Origin: Acidimicrobiia bacterium
GTDB lineage: Bacteria > Actinomycetota > Acidimicrobiia > Acidimicrobiales > AC-14
Length of the DNA stretch: 64,000 nt
Reading direction: 5' to 3'
Assembly: GCA_023265025.1 (NCBI GenBank)
Contig: JAHFUP010000016.1
Span: forward strand, 4,754 to 68,753
Of this stretch, positions 1-8,799 are shown one piece after another; the stretch's first letter is position 1; every line of letters starts with the position of its first letter. The position numbers and the translations under genes are program-made. The notes beneath the pieces are model-generated. The model saw only the letters and a program-made list of their open reading frames with translations, was not told where the DNA came from and made no database searches.

Positions 1-1
1 C

Positions 2-3000
2 GTGCGCAAGTCGGGCACGAGCATGGCGGCGCCGTACGTGGCCGGCACTGTCGCCTGCATGTTCGAAGCGGGTGGCCCGTCCCTGACGGTTCGCGAGATT
101 CGGGCGGCTCTGGCCGAGACCGCCGTCCGCCCGCCGCGAGCCCTCCCCGTAGGGAGGACGGGCGCCGGATACGTCGACGCCGTCGCCGCGGCCGGCGCCG
201 TCGCCCGCCGTCACGAGCGATCCAAGCTGCGAGGAGGAGCCATGGACCAGCCCGGCGAGAGTGCCACGCCAATGACGTCCGCACTCCGTCCCGCGCCGCC
301 GAGCGCCACCGGCGCCCTACCACCTCATGACTTGCCGCCGGCCGCGGTGTTCGACGCCCTCGCCCTCGGTCGGGGGTACGGTGTCCGAGAGAGCGTGGAG
401 CAGCAGTACGACATCCTCGGAGTCCCGCACCAGCCGCTGGCGGCCGCGCTGCAACCGGGAGACGTGGTGGTGTGGCGGGCGTTGGGGGAGGGAGGTCTCG
501 CAGGCGCCTTGACGGTGGCGAGCGCCGAGACCACCGATGCCGCCGAGCTGGCGGCGATGAGCCGTGGCTCCGTGAGACTCGCCCCCGGCCGCTACGCATT
601 CTTCGAAAATGTCGTGGGCGGCAACCGGGTGTTGCGTCATGTGGTGGGGCCTGACGGTCGCCTGCCCGTCGACCGGGTCGTCCTGCGGCCGCGCCGGTTG
701 AGCCGCGAGGCCGCAGGCGCCGACCGGGAGGCCGCGGCCGAGGCACGAACATGCGAGCCCGCCCCCGAGCCCGATCCCACCGGCCGCGGACCGCACCCCA
801 TGATCATGAATGGCAGTCGGCGGCCTGCCGTTGGCCACGCGCAGCAGTGCCTCAACAACTTCATGGAGCAGCGCCTCTCCGGTTCGTTGACCTGCCCCAT
901 CCAGACGGCGGAGGTCCAGCAGCTGCTGGACACGACGGTGAGCCACCTTCGCCAGAACAACCAACTCCCGCTCGTCGTCGACTGCGTGTTCGGCTCGAAC
1001 ACCGATCGGATGACCCGTGCCTTCCAGGCGTGCCACGGGCTGGACCGAGACGGCCGGATCGGTCCCATCACCTGGCCGATCCTCGACGGGTTCGCCACCC
1101 GCACCGCCCCCCCGACGCCAGTCACGGTCGACCCCTTGATCACGACAGCCACGACGGTGGTTGCGGTTACCAAGCCCCACACCAGCCCGCCGCGCGTCCT
1201 GGTCACCCTTCGGACGAGCGCTCCCTTCACCGCCTCGGGCACGCTGACGCGTGCCAGCGCCTCGCCCGCTCCGACGGTTCGGCTGTTTACCGTTGCGACC
1301 GGTGGCCAACCGCTCACCTTCGACGGGCGCGACAACGTCTTCCCCGGCGCCGTGCTCTCCACCGGCCTGCAGCTCTTCGCCGACGCCGTTGGTCCAAGCT
1401 CCGCGGTCGACGACTTCGCGTTGACGCTCACGCTTCAGCCGCAGGTCGGTGTGACGACAGGAGCGCCGGCGTCGGCGCGGATGACTGCCGTGGAACTAAC
1501 CCTCGACGTCGCCCTGTCTCGCACGGCAGCCGGTGAAGGGCCGCCGATGTCGGCGGCAGACAAGGTGTCGACGGGCCGAGCGGTGCAGGTGAGCGACACG
1601 ACGCTCAGCCATGAGCGAGCCATGATCATCGTGCGTCCGCCCGTCCCGGCGGCGTTCGCCGGAACGCTGGTGCTGGAACCGGTAAATCCGACCGTGCGGC
1701 TGTTCCAAACCGAACGGCCCGGTCCCGGCGAGGCCGCCCTCGCCGCTCGGCACGAAGTCGCCGCAGCCAGCGTCCCGGCGACCGGACTCCGGCTGTTCGC
1801 CGAGACCACCGGCGCGTCAGCAGCCGTGCGTGACACTGGCGTACGAATCGGCATCAGGGACGTGGTGGCCGAGGCGGACCGGGTCGCCATGACCGCCATC
1901 CAGCTCGACGTGGCCGCCACCGCTGCCGCCGGCGCCCCTCCGTTGACCTTCGTCCGCTTCGGGCTGTGGGACCAGGCCTACGACGCGGCCCACGACCTGC
2001 TGAACGGAGTGCCCGACGTCCAGAACTTCGTCGGGCGCGACAAGCGCAGGTTCCATGTCCGGGTGTCGGACCCGGCCCCGTCTGGCAGCTGCACGGTCAA
2101 CTGGAAGACATTGCTCGCCGACGGTCTTACGGACGACGACGCCCCCGCCTCGCAGGCGCTCACGCTTCCGGCGCGGGCGGCCGGCGCCCACCAGTTCGTG
2201 TCCCGTGCCGTCATGCTGGTGACGGACAACACAGACCGCAATGTTCCCACTGAGAGCGGCTTGGCTGCGCCGTTTGACACGGGACTACGGCAGGCGAACC
2301 AGAGCAACCATCGCACAAGGAGGGCGAAGATTGATGGGTCGGTGCGAGTCGAGTACGCACCCCAGGCAGGTGTGTCCCTCCGGACGACGCTACCGCTGTT
2401 CGATCGGGTGAATCCCGAACGGCGGCGGGTGAGTGCACGGGTGGTGCGCTACACGGGCGGGGCCGCTCCGGCGGCGGCGTTTCACGTGGCGACACCGGCC
2501 GAGATCGCCATCCAGTTCGCCCATGCCAACGCCCGCTGGAACCAGGTAGGGATCGCTATCGGAGCCCAGGTGACCACGGATCGAGTGATCCCGCCCGCCG
2601 CGCTGGACGGCAGTGGGCTGTACGGCGGCAGCGCCAACAACGCGCACGAGCAGGCCGCACTCGCCGACCTCATCCCCGTCACGCCCGACGACACGCTCAC
2701 CGTGGTGTTCGTGAGCCTCAGCGCTGCGAACGCCTACGCGACGACCGCCCCGCGGAACCCGATCCCTCAACCGGCGCCCAATCCGGCGCTGGGCCTCGGG
2801 GAGCGCCACTTCGTCTTCATCAACACCGGGCTCAACCCCGAAGATGAGACGCTGGCGCACGAGCTCCATCACGTCCTATTCAACCGCTTCGACGGCGGCG
2901 TCGACCGCCAGTTCTTCACGTTCAACACGAATCCCGCTAGCAACCTCGGCCTGGCGGTTCCCGACGCTCGTGTCTACCGACGGGTGCACAACCGGCACTC

Positions 3001-3142
3001 CGCCGATCCTGACAACGACCCGGCCAGCGACAACGTGGTCAACTGGGCGAGGCGGCAGCGCACGGCACGGTTCCCGATCGGCGGGAACGTCGACCCGGCG
3101 GCCACGGCGACCACCGGCAACCGCCTCGCCCAGCCCTTCTAG
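2..3142 (+). CDS. Multidomain protein, 5' end outside the window: tail of an S8 subtilisin-like peptidase domain, ~270-aa module shared with 3699..5942, peptidoglycan-binding-like segment, duplicated middle region, C-terminal HExxH region
   Basis: ORF is open to the window edge. GTSMAAPYVAG (S8 catalytic Ser motif) lies at the N-terminal end. DCVFGSNTDRMTRAFQACHGLDRDGRIGPITWPIL resembles PG_binding_1. LAHELHHVLFN lies near the C-terminus. Confidence 0.8.
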   Translation: MRKSGTSMAAPYVAGTVACMFEAGGPSLTVREIRAALAETAVRPPRALPVGRTGAGYVDAVAAAGAVARRHERSKLRGGAMDQPGESATPMTSALRPAPPSATGALPPHDLPPAAVFDALALGRGYGVRESVEQQYDILGVPHQPLAAALQPGDVVVWRALGEGGLAGALTVASAETTDAAELAAMSRGSVRLAPGRYAFFENVVGGNRVLRHVVGPDGRLPVDRVVLRPRRLSREAAGADREAAAEARTCEPAPEPDPTGRGPHPMIMNGSRRPAVGHAQQCLNNFMEQRLSGSLTCPIQTAEVQQLLDTTVSHLRQNNQLPLVVDCVFGSNTDRMTRAFQACHGLDRDGRIGPITWPILDGFATRTAPPTPVTVDPLITTATTVVAVTKPHTSPPRVLVTLRTSAPFTASGTLTRASASPAPTVRLFTVATGGQPLTFDGRDNVFPGAVLSTGLQLFADAVGPSSAVDDFALTLTLQPQVGVTTGAPASARMTAVELTLDVALSRTAAGEGPPMSAADKVSTGRAVQVSDTTLSHERAMIIVRPPVPAAFAGTLVLEPVNPTVRLFQTERPGPGEAALAARHEVAAASVPATGLRLFAETTGASAAVRDTGVRIGIRDVVAEADRVAMTAIQLDVAATAAAGAPPLTFVRFGLWDQAYDAAHDLLNGVPDVQNFVGRDKRRFHVRVSDPAPSGSCTVNWKTLLADGLTDDDAPASQALTLPARAAGAHQFVSRAVMLVTDNTDRNVPTESGLAAPFDTGLRQANQSNHRTRRAKIDGSVRVEYAPQAGVSLRTTLPLFDRVNPERRRVSARVVRYTGGAAPAAAFHVATPAEIAIQFAHANARWNQVGIAIGAQVTTDRVIPPAALDGSGLYGGSANNAHEQAALADLIPVTPDDTLTVVFVSLSAANAYATTAPRNPIPQPAPNPALGLGERHFVFINTGLNPEDETLAHELHHVLFNRFDGGVDRQFFTFNTNPASNLGLAVPDARVYRRVHNRHSADPDNDPASDNVVNWARRQRTARFPIGGNVDPAATATTGNRLAQPF

Positions 3143-3158
3143 GGACCGGAGGAAAATT

Positions 3159-3581
3159 TTGTCCGATCAACCGCCTGCCGAAGCGACCGATATCGACCAT
3201 GATCTGGCGGTCATTGTCGGCGGCCATTTCACGCCGGACTCGATCGGGCCAGTGGCCTATGACGCACTCGTGGCGAAGGTCCGACTTCGACCGGGCGAGT
3301 ACCTCGACGCCCTCGAACGGCGGTACTTGGGCGGACGGTTCGACCTTGCCGTACATTCCGAGCTGTTCGTGGCGAGCCTGCTGAGGATCGTGGCCGACCT
3401 CGAACCGGCTCGCACGCGCGATTTGGCGCACCGCCTGACAAACCAGCTCGATGTTGCGCTGTCCTCGCGCGACGCGGCGACCGACGTGGAGTCCTTCGAC
3501 GAGGTGCTCGCGCCGGAGACGGCCCGGCGTCTGAGACGCCTCGAGCAGCGGCGCGCCACGCTTCGGGCGCTGTTGGCGTGA
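3159..3581 (+). CDS. Hypothetical 140-aa protein between the two modular proteins (candidate cognate or immunity-type partner)
   Basis: TTG at 3159 is in frame with ORF 2844..3581, preceded by GGAGGA (3148-3153), 17 nt after the upstream stop. No recognisable motif. Confidence 0.55.
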   Translation: MSDQPPAEATDIDHDLAVIVGGHFTPDSIGPVAYDALVAKVRLRPGEYLDALERRYLGGRFDLAVHSELFVASLLRIVADLEPARTRDLAHRLTNQLDVALSSRDAATDVESFDEVLAPETARRLRRLEQRRATLRALLA

Positions 3582-3698
3582 ACGGTCTTCTCGGGCTACT
3601 GCGATCCGACGGCGACACGACAGTCCCTGTCAGCCGCGCCGGGCCCGTGCCGGCGGTAGGCGGCGAGGATCGATCGCTGAGGCAAGGAGGAGCGTCCC

Positions 3699-5942
3699 AT
3701 GGACCAAGAACACGAAGTCCTGCCGGCGCCGGATTCCATGACGCTCGACGGCGCTGCGGTGTTCGACGCCTTCGTACTCGGCAGGGCCCCTGAGCTGCGC
3801 GACCAGGTCGAGCAACGCTACGACATGCTCGCCGCTCCGAACCAGCCTTTCGCGGCACCCTTGGAGCCCGGCGATGTCTTGGTATGGCGTGCCCTTGGCG
3901 AGGGCGGCCTTGGCGGAGCAGTGACCATCGGCAGCGGTGCAGCGTCCGACGCCGCGCAGCCGGCGGTCGCATCTCCTTCCCGCGTCCTCGGCGTGCGCAG
4001 CCGGTCTGTGTCGATCGAGGCCTGGGCGACCGGCGAGCCGTTCTCTCAGGCGGGCGGGCCCGGAGGCCGCCTGGCCCCGGACCGCCTGATCCTGCGCCCG
4101 AAGCGGGCCCACTTTGGAGAGGCGGTTCCATGCGTGCCCACTCCGGAGCCCGATCCCTCAGGCCGCGGGATTCATCCCCTCATCCTGAGGGGCAGCAAGC
4201 GGGCCTCTGTAGGCTACGCGCAGCAGTGCCTCAACAACTGGATCGCCCGCTGCCAAGCGAAGACCGAGAGTTGCACTGACGCGAGCATCCGGACTCAGCA
4301 GTTCATCGCCACGACGTTCGCAAAGCTGTCCGCCAACGGGCAGCTTCCTTTGCAAATTGACTGCGTCTTTGGCGCGAACACCGAGCGGGCAACCACGGCC
4401 TTCCAGCGCTGCAAAGCACTCAATCCGGACGGCAAGATCGGACCGATCACGTGGCCGGTCCTCGACCTCTACGCCACTCCTGGCGTAATCCCAACCGTCC
4501 CTCCCATAGGGACGTCGCTGGACGACTGGCTGAACGCGCCGCTCGGCGGGTGGTCGTCGGCCGTTGCGACGAGCGCAGTCCAGCTTCACACCACGGGCGC
4601 AGCTGCGTTCGCGGCGTTCGCTGATGCGGCCGGGCGTTGCACGGGCGACAACACACTCATCGCTATCTGCGGCTGGGACTTCTACGCGTCGACGCCACTG
4701 CGGCCGGGCCACACCATCGGAGACGCCCTCCGAGACGCCGCAGGGCGGGGCACTCGCGTCCGCGCCTTGTTCGCCCACTTCCCCGTCATCAATGTCGGCT
4801 TGACGAGCCTGCGGCCGCTACCGGGCGACAACACCGGCGCGGTGGCATTCGTGAACGGCCTCCCACATGGGGCCGCGATCCACGATTCCTGGGTGCTGCA
4901 CCACGTCATTCCCGGACGAATCGGGTCGTTGTTGGGCCCGGTGCAGCTCGGGATGCACCACCAGAAGATATGGGTCGTCTACGACGGCACTCGGCTGGTC
5001 ACTTGGATCGGTGGCATCGATTTCAACCCCAACCGGAGTCCCCTTGCGGGAGCCGGCTTCCTGCACGACGTTCAGGCCGAGCTGGAAGGGCCGGCGGCGC
5101 AGCACGCCTACGAAATCCTGCGAGTGCGCTGGAACAACCATCCGGGCGTCCCACCTGGCGTGGTGCTACCCACCCTCTCCGGCTCGGCACCTGCCTCTGC
5201 CGGCCAGCGAACCAGGGTCGTGACGACCTTCGGTGACCCGCGACAGTTCGCCGGGCTCGGCCCCGTTCCCGGCGGCGCGGGCACGCTCCCTGCCTACCCG
5301 TTCGCTCCCTTGGGCAGTAGGTCGTACCGCGACCTCGTGTACCACGCGATCGACCGATCGGAGCGGTTCATCTACGTGGAGGACCAGTACCTGGTCGATG
5401 AAGATGTGGCGCTCCACTTGGCCGGCGCGATGTCGCACGTGCAGGCCTTGATCATCGTCATCTGCGACTCGAACGCTGTGAATGGCGAACTCCATCAGGC
5501 GTGGACCCGCCGGGCGCGGTTTCTGGCTCACCTGGCACCGCATTCGGCCAAGGTCGCGGTCGTCTTTGGTAAGCGGTTCATCCATGCGAAGGTCTGGGTG
5601 TTCGACGATGTGATCGCCATCGTTGGATCTGCAAATATCAACCGGAGGGGCTTTAGGCACGACTCCGAAGCGGGCGTCGCCTTCGGTGACGTTGCCGCGT
5701 CAGGCCGTGTTGCGGCGCTTCGGCGTGATCTCTGGTCCCTACAACTCGGGCCCGCCGCGCCGGCGCCGACCGACCCTCCCGAAGCGAGCCTCCCCGTCTG
5801 GAAGGCGCCTCCGCCAGCGGCCAACGTGCTCGCCTATAACCCCGCGGGAGGCGCTGACGCCGAACCGGTGAAGCGCGAGTTGGCGATGCTCGGCTATACC
5901 GTCGACGAGTTCTGGGAAATTGTCGATCCGGACTGCCCCTAG
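3699..5942 (+). CDS. Phospholipase D-family (dual HKD) protein with shared N-module and peptidoglycan-binding-like segment
   Basis: ATG 3699 is preceded by AAGGAGGAG. HKD-type motifs: HHQKIWVVYDG..GGIDFN and HAKVWVFDDVIAIVGSANIN. The first ~270 aa are paralogous to 2..3142. No N-terminal signal peptide. Confidence 0.85.
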   Translation: MDQEHEVLPAPDSMTLDGAAVFDAFVLGRAPELRDQVEQRYDMLAAPNQPFAAPLEPGDVLVWRALGEGGLGGAVTIGSGAASDAAQPAVASPSRVLGVRSRSVSIEAWATGEPFSQAGGPGGRLAPDRLILRPKRAHFGEAVPCVPTPEPDPSGRGIHPLILRGSKRASVGYAQQCLNNWIARCQAKTESCTDASIRTQQFIATTFAKLSANGQLPLQIDCVFGANTERATTAFQRCKALNPDGKIGPITWPVLDLYATPGVIPTVPPIGTSLDDWLNAPLGGWSSAVATSAVQLHTTGAAAFAAFADAAGRCTGDNTLIAICGWDFYASTPLRPGHTIGDALRDAAGRGTRVRALFAHFPVINVGLTSLRPLPGDNTGAVAFVNGLPHGAAIHDSWVLHHVIPGRIGSLLGPVQLGMHHQKIWVVYDGTRLVTWIGGIDFNPNRSPLAGAGFLHDVQAELEGPAAQHAYEILRVRWNNHPGVPPGVVLPTLSGSAPASAGQRTRVVTTFGDPRQFAGLGPVPGGAGTLPAYPFAPLGSRSYRDLVYHAIDRSERFIYVEDQYLVDEDVALHLAGAMSHVQALIIVICDSNAVNGELHQAWTRRARFLAHLAPHSAKVAVVFGKRFIHAKVWVFDDVIAIVGSANINRRGFRHDSEAGVAFGDVAASGRVAALRRDLWSLQLGPAAPAPTDPPEASLPVWKAPPPAANVLAYNPAGGADAEPVKRELAMLGYTVDEFWEIVDPDCP

Positions 5943-6266
5943 TCAGCTCAGTGATCCATGGCGCAGCCGGTGGGCGGGTGCGCGACGAGGGCTGGTCCGC
6001 GCAAAGCACCCGCAGTCCTCACCGATTGTGCCGTTCGGCAACGGAACCGCCGGCGTAATCGGCCCGTGCCATGGCGAGCCGAGCACCCGAGGGTGTGGGA
6101 TAACGGACGACGAACACATGCTGACTGGGAAGGGATTCGACCTCGGCGATTACTGCTACCAGCATGTTGGGACCGGTGTTCGCCGGTGACATGAGACCGG
6201 TCGCTTACGGCAGCCACTCGACATCCTCGCCCAGAGGCAGTCGACGCCGGCGTCCCGCAAGACGTT

Positions 6267-6430
6267 CCTCCTGCGGGACCCCGGTCGTCGTTCCTCCTGC
6301 GGGACCCCGGTCGTCGTTCCTCCTGCGGGACCCCGGTCGTCGTTCCTCCTGCGGGACCCCGGTCGTCGTTCCTCCTGCGGGACCCGGTCGTCGTTCCTCC
6401 TGCGGACCCCGGTCGTCGTTCCTCCTGCCG
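6267..6430 (+). repeat. Tandem array of the 26-nt unit CCTCCTGCGGGACCCCGGTCGTCGTT (about 6.4 units), locus A
   Basis: Four perfect 26-nt units (6267-6370), two 25-nt variants, then a partial unit. No spacers. Intergenic. Confidence 0.95.
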
Positions 6431-6653
6431 TACCGGCTCTGTGGCATGCCTGTCCCGATCCATCTGTCGAGAGCACGCTCCTTCGGTCAACGCAGTTCCC
6501 GTTGCGCAACAGCCCGACGTGGCGCAGGGGTGGTCTCAGCCGCTGGCGGGCGTCCCGGAATACTGCCGACGCTTCGTCCGTCCCTGCGGTCGCTCAGCGA
6601 TTCCGGTACTCAGATAAAGGACGTCGGATCGGCGATGGCGAACCTTGGGTGCG

Positions 6654-6851
6654 CTATCGCACGTTGGGGTCCTCGACCCACTTTCTGCTGATCTCGCGGT
6701 AGCCAGGGGTAGGCCATTCACAGAGGCGATCGTCGCCGCAGCCGCGACACTCATACGTAGGGTTCTGCCTGTCATCGTAAAGCGCGGGTCCGATAAAGCT
6801 AAGGTCGGATGACCCACAGCGGGGACAGCAGTTCACGATCCGTCCGCCCAC
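6654..6851 (-). CDS. Small four-Cys zinc-ribbon-like protein (65 aa)
   Basis: GTG 6851 with GGAGGAG about 9 nt upstream. CPRC...CRGC pattern. GC3 is visibly lower than in neighbouring genes. Confidence 0.5.
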   Translation of the reverse strand: MGGRIVNCCPRCGSSDLSFIGPALYDDRQNPTYECRGCGDDRLCEWPTPGYREISRKWVEDPNVR

Positions 6852-7144
6852 CTCGGCCTACTCCTCCGGTGCGTATTGCGCGTTCAGGTCAAGTTAGCGC
6901 CAATTGGGGCTGGTGGCATTATCGAACCACTGACGGGTCCGTGTACGAGCCCGGTGGTGGAACGGACCAGATCACCGGTGGCGGCCGGGGAACCTCCGGC
7001 GGCGCGACTCGGGACCGCCTTTCAACGGGTAGTCGGAGACGCTGTCGCCTCGTTCCGCATGCCGATCCGCCTACGGCACAGCCCAACCGTGCTCGGAAGC
7101 TGCGGCCTGTGGCTCCCACGAGTTCGGTCTCGTAGAATGGCCGT

Positions 7145-7309
7145 GTGTCCGTGGTCGAGCAGCCAGAGCGTGAGCCCCTTCGGTCATTCACGGTCGATGA
7201 CGACCGTCTGACCGGCGCCCTGCCATCCTTGACCCCCGACGAGTTTGCGCTTGATGAGATCACCGACGTCGAGTGGGACGCTTTCCACGCCGCCATCGCT
7301 GACGCGTGA
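7145..7309 (+). CDS. Putative antitoxin (54 aa) of a VapBC-like pair
   Basis: GTG 7145. Stop TGA 7307-7309 overlaps GTG 7306 of the PIN gene (GTGA). Below the ORF-track length cutoff. Called from position only. Confidence 0.55.
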   Translation: MSVVEQPEREPLRSFTVDDDRLTGALPSLTPDEFALDEITDVEWDAFHAAIADA

Positions 7310-7746
7310 GCACCCGGCCGAGCCGGGCCAGCCACGTCGTGGTCGACACCGACGCCGCCAGCTGGCTACTCGACCCCCGGCCACTGCCTCGTGCGGAACG
7401 GGCCCGGGCTCTCGTCGGGAAGCGTGCCCGCGTCGTCTCGTTCGTGACGGTGACCGAGCTTCGATTCGGGGCGCTGCGTGCGGGCTGGGGCGAACTTCGC
7501 CTGCGTCAGCTGGAACGCTCCCTGGGCGACCTTGACGTCATCCAGACGAACGACACCCTGATCGCACGCTGCGCAGCCCTGCGGCATCAGGCCGGTCGGA
7601 CCGGTCATCCTTTGATGCAGAAGGTTCACGAGGCCGACCGATGGGTGGCGACGACTGCGCTGGTGCTCGATCTTGAGCTCGTCGCCGGCGACGGGATCTT
7701 CGAGGGCGTCCCCGGGCTCGCTCTGCACCGCGTGCATCTACCCTGA
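7306..7746 (+). CDS. vapC: PIN-domain ribonuclease toxin
   Basis: VVVDTDAASWLL ... TVTELRFG ... DRWVATTAL pattern typical of PIN/VapC. 4-nt overlap with the upstream small ORF. Confidence 0.8.
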   Translation: MSTRPSRASHVVVDTDAASWLLDPRPLPRAERARALVGKRARVVSFVTVTELRFGALRAGWGELRLRQLERSLGDLDVIQTNDTLIARCAALRHQAGRTGHPLMQKVHEADRWVATTALVLDLELVAGDGIFEGVPGLALHRVHLP

Positions 7747-7817
7747 CTCTCACAGTCCGTCGATGAGTCGACATGCTGAACGAGGCGAGTGCCAAACCCA
7801 GAAACGACCTGCGCCCG

Positions 7818-8448
7818 TCACCTACGGGGGTCTGTAGCCACTGGAGTGACCGCCGGCCGCTGGGCACGCTGACGGGCGACGTCGCGCTGGATGGCCCGGT
7901 AGACAGTGGAGCGGGTGACACCGAACAGGTCGCCCAACTCGGCGACGCTGTGCTCGGCGGCCCGGTGAAGCGCGACCAGGTGGGCCTCCTGGCGGACATT
8001 GAGCTTGGGCTGCTTGCCGCGTAGCCGTCCCTTGGCCTTCGCCACCCGCATCCCTTCCCGGGTGCGCATGCGGATCAGGTCCCGCTCGAACTCGGCGACC
8101 ATGGCCAGCACGTTGAACAACAGCCGCCCGACGGGGTCGGTCGGATCGTGGACCGAACTTCCCACACTCAGCTTGACTTGGCGGCGGGTGAGGACCTCGA
8201 CGATGGCCCGCGCATCCGGCAAAGAACGGGCGAGGCGGTCAAGCTTGGTGACGACCAGGGTGTCGCCAGCCCGGCAGGCGGCCTTCGCTTCTCTGAGGCC
8301 TGGCCGTTCGCGGTTCGTTCCGGTCAGCCCCTGGTCAACGTAGATCCGTTCGGCGCTGACGCAGAGGGTGGCAAGGGCATCCCGTTTGGGCAGTGAGGTC
8401 CTGTTCGTCGGTCGAGACACGGGCGTAGCCGATCAATAGAGCATCCAC
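7818..8448 (-). pseudogene. Serine recombinase (resolvase/invertase family) interrupted by a 1-nt frameshift
   Basis: From GTG 8448 (AGGAGG upstream) the frame reads VDALLIGYARVSTDEQDLTAQ (catalytic Ser motif). ORF 7818..8420 continues RDALATL..RIYVDQGLTGTNRERPGL with a C-terminal HTH. The frames differ by 1 nt at T-run 8385-8387. Confidence 0.85.
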
Positions 8449-8554
8449 GTTCCCCTCCTGGTGACGGTGATCATCAGGTTCGGCCCATGGGCACTTCTCT
8501 GCGCCGTGGCGCCCTGCACGGTTGGTCCGTGTCCATCCCCGAGGCTGTGGCTCG

Positions 8555-8610
8555 GCTCCTGCGGGACCCCGGTCGTCGTTCCTCCTGCGGGACCCCGGTC
8601 GTCGTTCCTC
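8555..8610 (+). repeat. 26-nt tandem repeat family, locus B (about 2.2 units)
   Basis: GCTCCTGCGGGACCCCGGTCGTCGTT followed by a perfect unit and a partial CCTC. Lies about 100 nt upstream of the recombinase start. Confidence 0.9.
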
Positions 8611-8799
8611 GACCGGCAGTGCTACCTTCGCACCGCCTCCATCCTCGTCGTGGACGGATCAACTCGCACGGAAGACCACCCCTCATGTCGGGGAGGTGCC
8701 GCGCTTGACGCGCGGTCCGCTCTAGCTGAGAGGATGGGCCACGTGGTGTCGGCCCAAGCGCCAAGTCACGAGGTAATCCACTCTAGGTCACTCGCGGAC

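Noticed and set aside
5920-6189. ORF downstream of the PLD gene (..PFGNGTAGVIGPCHGEPSTRGCGITDDEHMLTGKGFDLGDYCYQHV..) as a second immunity-type gene.
   Set aside because: It overlaps the PLD stop, has no clear start or RBS, and both strands give equally protein-like short translations. The evidence is insufficient.
6267-6430. The 26-nt repeat arrays as CRISPR arrays.
   Set aside because: The units are directly abutting with no spacers, they show no palindromic repeat structure, and no cas genes are in the window.
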